Shown in pieces: positions 45,842-55,259 of a stretch of DNA of 64,000 nt. Positions within the stretch are counted from its first letter, which is position 1. Each line of letters starts with the position of its first letter. The translations under genes were made by a program, and so were the position numbers. The notes beneath the pieces were generated by a model. It was given only the letters and a program-made list of their open reading frames with translations. It was not told the origin of the DNA and ran no database searches. Location: the NCBI GenBank assembly GCA_021811585.1, contig JAJZOG010000005.1, positions 725-64,724 of the forward strand. Direction: 5' to 3'. This stretch comes from a bacterium. Lineage in GTDB: Bacteria > Patescibacteriota > Doudnabacteria > UBA920 > VMFF01.

Positions 45842-47380
45842 TTATTTAACAAGGTATTTGTCCACCACAATATTAGTTCCAAGATATGGCCTAACATCTG
45901 GCCAGGAATGATGGCTTTTCTCTTGCCAATTCAAAGGCACTGCCGGCGCGGTGCCGCCAAAGCCATTTGTCCAGATTACCCAGACAATGTTTCCAGGAGA
46001 AGCGTTTTCGCTGAAATTTTTCAAGATATCATCTGCACTCATAAGCGCGGTGCCGGAAAAATGCGGTAAATTTTGTATGGAAAGCCCGTCAGTATAGAGT
46101 TGGGGTTTTATTCCCGTATGGTTGTAATATTTGAAATTAAAGAATTCAAAAGAAGAAGCAACGTCTATTTTTTGCCCGCCCTGGGCATTATCATTCAAAA
46201 ATTGTGCTGCCGCGGACATTCCCGGCCTTTGCGAAACATCCAGGTTTTGCCAATTCTTCCGGAAATTGTACAAATTAACGGCAATCAAGGCCGCGAGCAA
46301 GGCATATCCCACGGCTTTTCTTTTTATGTTTAGTAAGAAAATCACCAGTGCAATTGTATAAAACAGGGAAGCAAATATAAAATAGCGATCCAGGAAAATG
46401 GATTGCTTCAGCGAAAGTAGAACCGCTCCTGCAAAAGGCGCGAGCACGCCGAGTATCACCAGCCATTTTTCAAAGTGTTTTTCCGTTTTCGCGAACCTGT
46501 ACAGAAAATAAATCGTAAATATGGTCGCCAGGGCAAGAACAATTTTTACCGCTGTTTTGTTCGCATCTGCCTGCGCGCCTGTCAGGAGTTCATAAAGCGT
46601 CAGCGGAATTGACCAGATGTTCATCTTTGGGATCCAGTAGCTTGCCTGCACTTGCTTGAATTGGAATATAAATGTTTTCAGCCAGGGCACGTAGGACAGC
46701 AAAACCAAAACATATGCGGCTATAAAATAGCGCCACTGTTCCCATTTGAATTTAAAATTCTTATATAAATAGAAGAGACCGTACAAGCCGATTCCGGCGG
46801 CTGTAAAGAAAAGGTAGTAGTGCGTGTAAATGCTTAAGGATGTTGCCAGCGCGAACAAAAACCAGTTGCCCCAAACCGCATCTATGGCTTTGTGCGATAT
46901 TGCGCCGGCGGTTTTTTCCGCAAAATATTGGCGCTGCGCCTTAAACGCCTTAACTAGAAAGTAGGCGGAAATAAGCGCCAGAAACGTTCCCAAAGTGTAC
47001 ATTCTTGCTTCTGTAACATATTGGGTTTGGAAAGGATTTATGGCCAGGATCAAGGCGCAAAAAAGCGCGGCTTTCTCGTTGCCAAATGCTTCTTTTACAA
47101 AAAGGTAGCCGGCAAGAACCATGCCTACGCCGAAGAAAACCGAAAAACCGCGCAAAGCGAATACCGACCAGCCGAATACATAATACCAGAATCGCAGCAG
47201 CACATAATAAATCGGCGGATGCACATCCAGGCCTATCCTGTAAAACATTTCATGCCAGGGATATTTAATCAGTAATGCGGAGAATGCCTCGTCGTGCCAC
47301 AGCGAAATTGCGGCAACATGGTAGAGGCGCAATGCCGTTGCTAAAATTAAAATGAGCACGAGCAAAAGTTTGGAGCGCAT
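45842..47380 (-). CDS. GT-C fold glycosyltransferase (ArnT/PMT, GT39/83-like), paralog A
   Basis: 512 aa, about 11 TM. First extracytoplasmic loop ...RLYHVAAISLWHDEAFSALL... (DE motif region). Confidence 0.7.
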   Translation of the reverse strand: MRSKLLLVLILILATALRLYHVAAISLWHDEAFSALLIKYPWHEMFYRIGLDVHPPIYYVLLRFWYYVFGWSVFALRGFSVFFGVGMVLAGYLFVKEAFGNEKAALFCALILAINPFQTQYVTEARMYTLGTFLALISAYFLVKAFKAQRQYFAEKTAGAISHKAIDAVWGNWFLFALATSLSIYTHYYLFFTAAGIGLYGLFYLYKNFKFKWEQWRYFIAAYVLVLLSYVPWLKTFIFQFKQVQASYWIPKMNIWSIPLTLYELLTGAQADANKTAVKIVLALATIFTIYFLYRFAKTEKHFEKWLVILGVLAPFAGAVLLSLKQSIFLDRYFIFASLFYTIALVIFLLNIKRKAVGYALLAALIAVNLYNFRKNWQNLDVSQRPGMSAAAQFLNDNAQGGQKIDVASSFEFFNFKYYNHTGIKPQLYTDGLSIQNLPHFSGTALMSADDILKNFSENASPGNIVWVIWTNGFGGTAPAVPLNWQEKSHHSWPDVRPYLGTNIVVDKYLVK

Positions 47381-47384
47381 GGTT

Positions 47385-49307
47385 TTAATATTTATTTGCT
47401 TTTATTATTCCGAAATTTTTTATGATTTTGCCGGCAGCGTTGTAGGCAATTGCCTTAAAATATAAGTTTGATTTTGTACCGTCAAGGTAAGTATAATCGG
47501 TATTGGAAAGATAATCGTTTTGCCCGTTGTCTTTAACCAGAGTTTTTTCCCGGCAGGCAGGGTCAGCGCACTGCCAGATTTTTATGTCCCAATGGTTAAA
47601 AGATTGGTTTTTCCAAGACCAATCAAGGCGGTTGCCGTAGTTTACAATCCAAAACGAGCCGTCGCTGTTTTGCGAATAGCTTGGCGCGGGATTATTTCTG
47701 GTTTCTTCTTCAATGAGCATGTCCGCGTTCAGCAGGCTGGCATTATCAACGCCAAATTGATTGTGCGCGATTGCAATGGCTTTAACGTGCGGATGATATT
47801 GGTTAAATTTTATGCTGTCAAAAAGCGTCGAGGCGGTGAAAATTATTCTGTCGCCTTTGTTTAAGTGAAGCTTGTAGGAATTTGCGGGGTCAATTTCGAT
47901 GTAAGGATTGCCGGTTTGCGTTGTAAGGAAATCCACTGTTTGCACGGAGAACTGGTCGAGCACAAGATAGTTGCGGGTTTTGTCGGGATGTTCGTTCAAA
48001 TAAGTGCTCACGGTTGTGAGGTCGGATCGAAATGCCGCAAAATTTTCCGGAGAATTGTAGGCGTATACAAAATACGAAGAATACGCCTGTATCGTAAGTG
48101 TCGCAAGAAAGAGTGCCAGCGCCGCGGCATAAAGGTATTCCATCCATTTTGGATGCCAGAGCCTGAGCACGGCTCTGCAGAAATAAATTAACCCTGCAGC
48201 AGTGATGCTAAAAACAGCCGGTATTACGCCAATAAGCCGGAGTCCGTGAGGGATGCCTTCGTCTGTTGCAAGTTCCGGAATTGCCATTATCCAGAATATG
48301 GCAACAAGCACAAGGTATTTAAAATGCGCGTTATTTTGTTTGCCGGAAAAGGATTGCCAAATGAATTTAAGCGCCAACCAGAGCATTACAAGCATGGCTA
48401 TGCCGAAGAACGGGCTCACCAGCGGCGGCAAGAACGGATCTCCTGAAATATTTTGCCGCCAGTTTAAATCGCCGTGCGTGAAAAAACCTTCGACAGTTTT
48501 TTTGATGACCTGCAATTCGGTTGCAACCAGGTGGCCGTGGTTCAAATCCTTGTTAAAAACAGAAACCTGGGAAGCCCTGCCGATAAATGATCCGGGATGT
48601 TTGGCAAAATACCAGGCAAGAGGGGAGAAGACAATTATGCCGGAAATCGCTGCAATCCCCAAGGCGCGCTTATATTTGTGCCACCATTGAAAGTTTTGCC
48701 GCCTGTCGATTATAAAAAGAATTATTGCCAGCAGTATCAGCACAGCGGCCAAAGCGCGGTAAGCGATATAGGTGTAAACTCCTCCTGCCAAAAATGCTCC
48801 TGCAAAAATCGCGGACCAAATTTCTTCTTTTTTGGTTTTTGCCTGTATGGCCCTGGCCATGAAATAAAAAGCAAAGCCAGTGAACAGCGGCACAAGGATG
48901 GCGCGAAAACCGGTGCGCGACAAAACAATATGCCAGGAATTTACAGCCATTAAGAAAGCTGCAAGCAAGGCGGTTTTTTTATCAAACAGCCGTACAGTGA
49001 AAAAATATGCCGCAAGAACCGAAAGCGTTCCGATTGCCGCCGCGACAATATGCAACTGCCAGACGCCGCGCCCGAAAATTGCCACGCTCATTGCTTCCAG
49101 CAAAAAGAAAAGCCCTTCGCGGCCGTTGCCGCGGCCGTAAAATGGCTGAACATGCCCTTTTAAAATATTGTTCACATCCAGCCCGTTTGCCGCTTCATCC
49201 GGGAAAAGGCCGCCTGGCATTTGTTTTATAAGGTAAAACCGAAAAAATGCGGCCAGCGCTAAAATTGCCAAAATTGCAATTAAAATCCAAAAATTTTTTT
49301 TACCCAT
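47385..49307 (-). CDS. GT-C fold glycosyltransferase (ArnT/PMT-like), paralog B, with a large C-terminal extracytoplasmic domain
   Basis: 640 aa. ...FRFYLIKQMPGGLFPDEAANGLDV.... Multi-TM N-terminal half, soluble C-terminal about 200 aa. Confidence 0.7.
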   Translation of the reverse strand: MGKKNFWILIAILAILALAAFFRFYLIKQMPGGLFPDEAANGLDVNNILKGHVQPFYGRGNGREGLFFLLEAMSVAIFGRGVWQLHIVAAAIGTLSVLAAYFFTVRLFDKKTALLAAFLMAVNSWHIVLSRTGFRAILVPLFTGFAFYFMARAIQAKTKKEEIWSAIFAGAFLAGGVYTYIAYRALAAVLILLAIILFIIDRRQNFQWWHKYKRALGIAAISGIIVFSPLAWYFAKHPGSFIGRASQVSVFNKDLNHGHLVATELQVIKKTVEGFFTHGDLNWRQNISGDPFLPPLVSPFFGIAMLVMLWLALKFIWQSFSGKQNNAHFKYLVLVAIFWIMAIPELATDEGIPHGLRLIGVIPAVFSITAAGLIYFCRAVLRLWHPKWMEYLYAAALALFLATLTIQAYSSYFVYAYNSPENFAAFRSDLTTVSTYLNEHPDKTRNYLVLDQFSVQTVDFLTTQTGNPYIEIDPANSYKLHLNKGDRIIFTASTLFDSIKFNQYHPHVKAIAIAHNQFGVDNASLLNADMLIEEETRNNPAPSYSQNSDGSFWIVNYGNRLDWSWKNQSFNHWDIKIWQCADPACREKTLVKDNGQNDYLSNTDYTYLDGTKSNLYFKAIAYNAAGKIIKNFGIIKANKY

Positions 49308-49314
49308 TTTTATT

Positions 49315-49704
49315 TTGAAAAAATACCGAATTTCCTGTATAATGCAGGAAATGCACAGAAATTTTTTTAAATTTTTCGGCAGGGATCTTTTGTTTCCTTG
49401 GTCAGTATCTCTGTTGATAAATATTATATCATGGGCTGTAGTTTATTTCAAAATCAGGCCGGATTCCCAGACAGTCCCCCTGCACTATAATCTGTTTTAC
49501 GGCATAGATATTGCCGGTTCGGGTTACATGATTTATTTTATAACCGCCACGGGGCTTGCGATTTTGGCGGTTAATTTTTTGTTTTTCAGGTATGCCAAGT
49601 CCAGGGATGTGTTCGCCGCCAACACCGCTGCCGCGGTTGCCTTGGTTGCCCAGCTGTTTATACTCGCCGCGATCCTGTTTTTAAAAAGCATAATTGTAAT
49701 TTAA
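49315..49704 (+). CDS. Small membrane protein (3-4 TM), possibly a GtrA-like flippase accessory; start codon uncertain
   Basis: Divergent from the GT-C gene with only a 7-nt spacer. Alternative starts at 49342 or 49351. Confidence 0.4.
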   Translation: MKKYRISCIMQEMHRNFFKFFGRDLLFPWSVSLLINIISWAVVYFKIRPDSQTVPLHYNLFYGIDIAGSGYMIYFITATGLAILAVNFLFFRYAKSRDVFAANTAAAVALVAQLFILAAILFLKSIIVI

Positions 49705-49707
49705 AGC

Positions 49708-51426
49708 ATGCCGTTTCGGAAAAGAAAATTTCAAGAGAGAATCTGGGAAATCGTCCCGGGAGCCATGTTTTGGGCAACGGTTTTTTTTGCTTTGTTTTTT
49801 TCCAGGAATCATCCTGTCTGGGTCGCGCTTTTTATAATTTTGTTTGATTTGTACTGGCTCTTCAAAGCCATAAACGGAGCGCTTCACTTATTGAGCGCTT
49901 ATAAAATTTTTAGATTTTTTGAGACCATTAATTGGCTTTCATATTGCGACAAGCTCCTTGATTTCAAAAGTTATCTTCTCTTTCTGGAAGAAAAAGAACG
50001 CGGCGCGGGAAAAAGGGTTGCCCAAAGATATTATGAGCACGAACAATCGCGCATCCGAAAATTATTGGCTTTAGGCAGGGCAGGTGGTAATTACCGCGAT
50101 TATTACCATTTGATTGTTTTGCCTTTTGTGAATGAGAGTGCCGAGGTTTTAAGGACCACCTTTGAAGCGCTGGAGAAAGCAAATTATCCTCAAAACCGGC
50201 TTATGGTTGTTTTGGCCAGCGAAGAACGCGCCGGAGAAAAGGCCGCGCAGACAGCGCGCGAAATTTCGGACAAATTTGGAGCGGCATTTTATAAATTGTT
50301 TGTGACAGTGCATCCGGACGGCTTGGAAGGGGAAATCAAGGGCAAAAGCGCGAATGCCAGCTGGGCTGTGAAATCCGTTTTGCCTGAATTGGAACGCCTC
50401 GGCATTGGCATAGACAATGTCCTGGTTTCCAATTTTGATTCCGATACAATAGTGCACCGAGAATATTTCGGCAGGGTTATGTACGAATTTCTTACAGCGG
50501 AAAAGCCGTACAGGCGCAGTTATCAGCCGATCGCGCTTTATAACAATAATATTTGGGATTCGCCGTCGTTTATAAGGGTTGTTTCCGTAAGTAATTCTTT
50601 TTGGCAATTTATAGAGTCCTCGCGGCCAAACCGTTTGCGGACTTTTTCTTCCCACAGCATGACTTTGCGCGCGCTTGTTGACGTTGATTTTTGGCGCAGG
50701 GATTTGGTAAATGAAGACGGCTATATATTTTGGCAGTGTTTTTTCCGCTACGCGGGTGATTATGAAGTTGTGCCGCTGTTTATTTCCATTTCTTTGGATA
50801 CTTGCCTGGATGCAAGCTATAAACAAACGCTTATAAATCAGTACAAGCAAAAAAGGCGCTGGGCCTATAATGTCGAATATTATCCTTCGCTCATGCCGGC
50901 TTTGCTTAAAATGAAAATTTCCGCATGGGAAAAAATTTATAAGGTTTACCAGTTTATAGAAGGCAATTACACTTGGGCAACAGCTTCCATCGTAATTTCC
51001 GCGCTTGGCTGGCTGCCTCTAATTATTGGAGGCCAGAATTTTAAAGAATCGGTTGTGGCTTTCAATCTGCCGCAGATTACTTCGGTGCTCATGACCATTG
51101 CCACCATATTTTTGATTTTTTCCGTTTTAATAAATATTGTCCTCCTGCCGCCGCGTCCCGCCAAGTACAGCGTCTGGCGGACAATCAATATGTATTTGCA
51201 GTGGTTTTTGGTTCCCATTGTTTCGGTTGTTTTTGGAAGTTTGCCGGCAGCGGACGCGCAGACGCGGCTGATGGCAGGCCGCTACATGGAATTTTGGGTT
51301 ACGCCTAAAACTCGCAAGGGCGCCATTCAGGCATCAATGGGCAGGACTGGCGGAGCCGACTCGGACGGCAAAAGCGCCGCGGCAGCAAACGCGCCTGGCG
51401 CAAAAGCTAATTCGGGTTTAAAGTAA
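49708..51426 (+). CDS. Membrane-embedded processive family-2 glycosyltransferase (cellulose/chitin-synthase-like)
   Basis: D,D,D,QxxRW pattern: ...VSNFDSDT..., ...EDGY..., QYKQKRRWAY. TM helices at both ends. 572 aa. Confidence 0.7.
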   Translation: MPFRKRKFQERIWEIVPGAMFWATVFFALFFSRNHPVWVALFIILFDLYWLFKAINGALHLLSAYKIFRFFETINWLSYCDKLLDFKSYLLFLEEKERGAGKRVAQRYYEHEQSRIRKLLALGRAGGNYRDYYHLIVLPFVNESAEVLRTTFEALEKANYPQNRLMVVLASEERAGEKAAQTAREISDKFGAAFYKLFVTVHPDGLEGEIKGKSANASWAVKSVLPELERLGIGIDNVLVSNFDSDTIVHREYFGRVMYEFLTAEKPYRRSYQPIALYNNNIWDSPSFIRVVSVSNSFWQFIESSRPNRLRTFSSHSMTLRALVDVDFWRRDLVNEDGYIFWQCFFRYAGDYEVVPLFISISLDTCLDASYKQTLINQYKQKRRWAYNVEYYPSLMPALLKMKISAWEKIYKVYQFIEGNYTWATASIVISALGWLPLIIGGQNFKESVVAFNLPQITSVLMTIATIFLIFSVLINIVLLPPRPAKYSVWRTINMYLQWFLVPIVSVVFGSLPAADAQTRLMAGRYMEFWVTPKTRKGAIQASMGRTGGADSDGKSAAAANAPGAKANSGLK

Positions 51427-51430
51427 TGCT

Positions 51431-52549
51431 ATGCAATATGTAGCGCTGTTTGTTTTGTCCTGCCTCATAGGCGTTTTGCTTGTTCCTCTTGTAAAACGGC
51501 TGGCTTTCCGTTTGGGCGCAGTGGATAATCCCGATATTCCGCGCAAAATCCACAAAACGCCAATTCCGCTTTTAGGCGGATTGGCAATTTATGCCAGCTT
51601 CACCGTTTCTCTTATTGTTTATGTTTTTGTGCTTCATCCGGATTACCACATTGTGCCCTTAAAATTTTTCCTGGGCATAATTTTCGGCGGGCTGGTTTTG
51701 ATGGTCGGCGGCGTTTTAGACGATAAATTCAACCTTGCCCCCAAGTATCAAATTATTCCCACTGCAATCGCTGTTTTGATTCTTATTTTTTCAGGCGTTG
51801 GCGTGGGCATCACCGCAATTTCAAATCCTTTCAATTCCGCGCACCCCATAAATTTGGCTTTCAGTATTTTAGGCATTCCGTTTTCAGCGATTTTTGTTTT
51901 TTTGTTTATGCTCGGCATGGTTTATACGACAAAATTTTTGGATGGCATGGACGGCCTTGCCGGCGGCATTTCTTTCATTGCCGGCGCGACGTTGTTTTTT
52001 CTTTCCCTGACTCCAAAAGTGAACCAGAGCATCACCGCAAGCATGACAATAATTTTTTGCGGAGCGGTTTTCGCTTTTTTGATTTTCAATTTTAACCCGG
52101 CTTCGATTTTTTTGGGAGAATCAGGCAGCACGTTCGTGGGCTTTGCTTTGGGTGCTATTTCCATTTTCCTGGGAGGGAAAATTGCTACCGCGGTTTTGGT
52201 CATGGGCATTCCGATTATGGACGTGGCCTGGGTCATTGTCCGGCGCATTTGGTACGGCAACTCGCCTTTTAAGGCCGACAGGAAGCATTTGCATTTTCGT
52301 TTGCTGGACATCGGCTTTTCCCAAAAAGAAACAGTTTTAATTTTATATTTGATTGCCGCCAGTTTCGGGATAGTGGCAATTTTTTTGCAATCACTGGGAA
52401 AACTCATTTCCTTGCTGATCCTTTTGGCCATAATGATTGTTTTAGCCATTACCACTGTTTTGATTTATAAAAAAAGATATCTTGTCGCTTCCGGCGCTGC
52501 TGCACAAAATTCGGGCAATAGCGAAAGCCGCGACGAATTGACCAAATAG
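51431..52549 (+). CDS. Polyprenyl-phosphate N-acetylhexosamine-1-phosphate transferase (WecA/TagO/MraY family)
   Basis: ...FLDGMDGLAGG.... Multi-TM, 372 aa. Lies in a glycosylation cluster rather than the mur cluster. Confidence 0.75.
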   Translation: MQYVALFVLSCLIGVLLVPLVKRLAFRLGAVDNPDIPRKIHKTPIPLLGGLAIYASFTVSLIVYVFVLHPDYHIVPLKFFLGIIFGGLVLMVGGVLDDKFNLAPKYQIIPTAIAVLILIFSGVGVGITAISNPFNSAHPINLAFSILGIPFSAIFVFLFMLGMVYTTKFLDGMDGLAGGISFIAGATLFFLSLTPKVNQSITASMTIIFCGAVFAFLIFNFNPASIFLGESGSTFVGFALGAISIFLGGKIATAVLVMGIPIMDVAWVIVRRIWYGNSPFKADRKHLHFRLLDIGFSQKETVLILYLIAASFGIVAIFLQSLGKLISLLILLAIMIVLAITTVLIYKKRYLVASGAAAQNSGNSESRDELTK

Positions 52550-52615
52550 CCGTTATTTGTTATTATTAGCGGGCTGAAACCAAAGGTTAAGCATTTTTTA
52601 ATTAAACTGAAAAAT

Positions 52616-52924
52616 ATGAACTTGGCTGTAATTGAAACAGGCGGGAAGCAGTATCTGGTTTCTCCTGACTCTAAAATACAAGTGGAAAAAATAAGCGGCA
52701 ATGCCGGCGATGTTGTCTCGCTTGATAAAGTTTTATTTAAAGCCGGCGATTCCTCGGTGGAAGTTGGCAAACCGTTTTTGAAGGATGCTGTTGTGCAGGC
52801 CAAGATTTTAAAGCAAGGCAGAAGCAAAAAAATTCTTGTTTTCAAATACAAGGCAAAATCAAAGTACAGGCGCAAGCAAGGCCACAGGCAGCATTATACC
52901 GAACTGTTAATCACAAAAATTTAA
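52616..52924 (+). CDS. rplU: 50S ribosomal protein L21
   Basis: MNLAVIETGGKQYLVSPDSKIQVEKI... matches bL21. No rpmA follows. Confidence 0.9.
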   Translation: MNLAVIETGGKQYLVSPDSKIQVEKISGNAGDVVSLDKVLFKAGDSSVEVGKPFLKDAVVQAKILKQGRSKKILVFKYKAKSKYRRKQGHRQHYTELLITKI

Positions 52925-52946
52925 AAACGGCTTTGGCCGTTTTTTG
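52924..52946 (+). terminator. Rho-independent terminator immediately after rplU
   Basis: AAAACGGC-tttg-GCCGTTTT followed by a T-run. Confidence 0.7.
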
Positions 52947-53037
52947 TTTTCCACAAGGGTGGATAATTCCGCGTGTTGAGCCCTGTTTGCCTATCTGTTA
53001 ATATGGATTTAAGATTTATTTAATAAAGGGCTTTCAT

Positions 53038-54441
53038 ATGGAAAACCTCGCCACGACCAGCAGAATTCCCCCGCAGAATCTTGAGGCAGAAGCAGGGGTT
53101 TTAGGGTCTTTAATGCTTGATAAGGACGCTATTATTAAAATTGCGGATATTTTGCATAGCGAGGATTTTTATGATGAAAAGCATAAGGCCATTTATTTGG
53201 CAATGCTGGAGCTCTATGAGAAAAATGTTTCCATAGACATACTCACTGTTTCAAATCTTTTGGATGAGCAAAGAAAATTGGAAATGATCGGAGGATCAAG
53301 CTACCTCGCGACCCTGGTCAATTCCGTGCCAACGGCCGCGCACGTAATTCATTACGCGACAATTATCAGGCGCAAGGGGACATTGCGCCGCCTCATAAAC
53401 GCGGCTAATGAAATTACTAACATCAGTTATAACGAAGATGGGGCTATTGAAGGCATCTTGGATCAGGCGGAACAAAAACTTTTCGGGGTTTCCCAGAAAT
53501 TTTTGAAGCAGAATTTCATTCCATTAACTCAGGTTTTGCACGAAACCTTTGAGCGCCTTGACGAGCTGCACAAGAATAAAGGGCAGCTGCGCGGGCTGGC
53601 TACTGGTTTTGCGGATTTGGATAATTTCCTCGGTGGCCTTCAGAAATCAGACCTTGTGGTTCTTGCTGCCAGGCCTTCAATGGGAAAAACATCTTTGGCT
53701 TTGGACATTGCCAGGCATGTTGGCGTGAACCTGAAAAGGTGCGTAGGCCTTTTTTCGTTGGAAATGAGCAAGGACCAGCTCGCGGATCGCCTGCTTTCTT
53801 CCGAATCAGACGTTAATTTATGGAAATTGCGCACAGGCCATCTTTCGGATGACGGACAGAACAACGATTTTCAGCGCATAGGCGAAGCCATGGGACGGCT
53901 TTCAGAGGCGCCAATTTTTATAGACGATACTGCCGGCGCCAGTGTCATGGAAATTCGCACCAAAGCGCGCAGGTTGCAGGCAGAACACGATCTTGGCATG
54001 GTTATAATTGATTATTTGCAGCTCATGCAGGGCCATAATCCGGAAAACAGAGTGCAAGAGGTTTCGGAAATTTCCAGGTCTCTTAAGGGCCTTGCCAGAG
54101 AATTAAATGTCCCTGTGCTGGCGCTTTCGCAGCTGAACCGCGCTGTGGAGACAAGGCCTGATAAAAGGCCGCTTCTTGCCGATTTGCGCGAATCAGGTTC
54201 AATTGAACAGGATGCAGATGTTGTTATGTTTATTTATAGGGAAGATATGTATAAGGGAAAAGAATCACAGAAGCCGCACATAGCCGAAATTCAAATTGCC
54301 AAGCACAGGAACGGAGCAACCGGCAGGGTGGAATTGTATTTTGACAGCGAACGAACCAGTTTTAGAAATTTGGACAAGACCTTTTCAGATGCAATGCCAA
54401 GCCCGGCTGAAATAATGGCTCCGCAAGACGACGATATATAA
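53038..54441 (+). CDS. dnaB: Replicative DNA helicase DnaB
   Basis: N-terminal domain, then Walker A ARPSMGKTSLAL, then ...VIIDYLQLM.... No intein. Confidence 0.95.
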   Translation: MENLATTSRIPPQNLEAEAGVLGSLMLDKDAIIKIADILHSEDFYDEKHKAIYLAMLELYEKNVSIDILTVSNLLDEQRKLEMIGGSSYLATLVNSVPTAAHVIHYATIIRRKGTLRRLINAANEITNISYNEDGAIEGILDQAEQKLFGVSQKFLKQNFIPLTQVLHETFERLDELHKNKGQLRGLATGFADLDNFLGGLQKSDLVVLAARPSMGKTSLALDIARHVGVNLKRCVGLFSLEMSKDQLADRLLSSESDVNLWKLRTGHLSDDGQNNDFQRIGEAMGRLSEAPIFIDDTAGASVMEIRTKARRLQAEHDLGMVIIDYLQLMQGHNPENRVQEVSEISRSLKGLARELNVPVLALSQLNRAVETRPDKRPLLADLRESGSIEQDADVVMFIYREDMYKGKESQKPHIAEIQIAKHRNGATGRVELYFDSERTSFRNLDKTFSDAMPSPAEIMAPQDDDI

Positions 54442-54445
54442 AATT

Positions 54446-55042
54446 ATGATTCGCCTCCCCAAATCAATAGAAAAACTTATAAATGAATTTTCAAAATTGC
54501 CGGGCATAGGCCAAAAAACAGCCCACCGCCTGGCATTTTATCTTTTAAAGCGTCCGGAAGTTGATCTGCAAATTTTTTCCGAAGCACTGGCGAATTTAAA
54601 GAAAGAAGTTTTTTTTTGTGCGGTTTGCCGCAACATGTCGGATACTGAAGTTTGTGCGGTGTGTGCCGATGCTTCGCGCGACAACGGCATTATCTGCGTT
54701 GTTGAGGAACCGCTGGATGCCCAGGCAATAGAACAAACAGGGTTTCGCGGCACTTATCATATTTTAGGCGGTGTAATTTCCCCGCTGGACGGCATTGGGC
54801 CCCAGCAGCTTAATATTGATTCTCTGGTTGGCAGGATTAAAGGGAAAAGCATCAAGGAAGTTATTTTAGCAACAAATCCGTCTTTGGAAGGGGAAGTGAC
54901 ATCCATGCAGCTGGTTGAGCTTATAAGGCCTTTGGGCGTCAAAATAACGCGCCTGGCGCGAGGCCTGCCTGTTGGCGGGGACATCGAATACTCTGATGAG
55001 GTGACTATTTCCAGGGCCATGGAAGGCAGAAAAGAAATATAG
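54446..55042 (+). CDS. recR: Recombination protein RecR
   Basis: LPGIGQKTAHRLAFYLL HhH. C4 zinc finger CAVCRNMSDTEVCAVC. Toprim domain. Confidence 0.95.
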   Translation: MIRLPKSIEKLINEFSKLPGIGQKTAHRLAFYLLKRPEVDLQIFSEALANLKKEVFFCAVCRNMSDTEVCAVCADASRDNGIICVVEEPLDAQAIEQTGFRGTYHILGGVISPLDGIGPQQLNIDSLVGRIKGKSIKEVILATNPSLEGEVTSMQLVELIRPLGVKITRLARGLPVGGDIEYSDEVTISRAMEGRKEI

Positions 55043-55043
55043 A

Positions 55044-55186
55044 TGATAGTTGGTAGATGGTAGATGGTAGTTGGGGGCCGATCCAACTACTAACTACTAA
55101 CTATCAACTATTTTTTATCGCCAACTACTAACTACCAACTACTAACTACCAACTATTAGCTACCAACTACTAATTGCCAACCCGCA
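55044..55186. repeat. Heptamer-array hairpin element 8, inverted arms around GGGGGCCGATCC, then a further direct CCAACTA array
   Basis: GATAGTTGGTAGATGGTAGATGGTAGTTGG, then GGGCCGATCC, then AACTACTAACTACTAACTATCAAC, then ...CCAACTACTAACTACCAACTACTAACTACCAACTATTAGCTACCAACTACTAATTGCCAA. Starts 2 nt after the recR stop. Confidence 0.85.
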
Positions 55187-55211
55187 AAAGCGGGGGTTTT
55201 TTTAATTTGTT
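55187..55211 (+). terminator. Rho-independent terminator after recR and element 8
   Basis: ACCCGC-aaaa-GCGGGGG followed by TTTTTTT. Confidence 0.75.
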
Positions 55212-55259
55212 TTTAATGTCTGAAAAGTATGAATGTTGTTAGAAATAATTTAAGATATT

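Noticed and set aside
49308-49314. Seven-nucleotide divergent spacer between the minus GT-C gene start and plus small membrane gene start
   Set aside because: This is too short to hold two promoters and RBSs. At least one start codon is probably mis-called (internal Met at 49342 or 49351). It does not indicate a novel feature.
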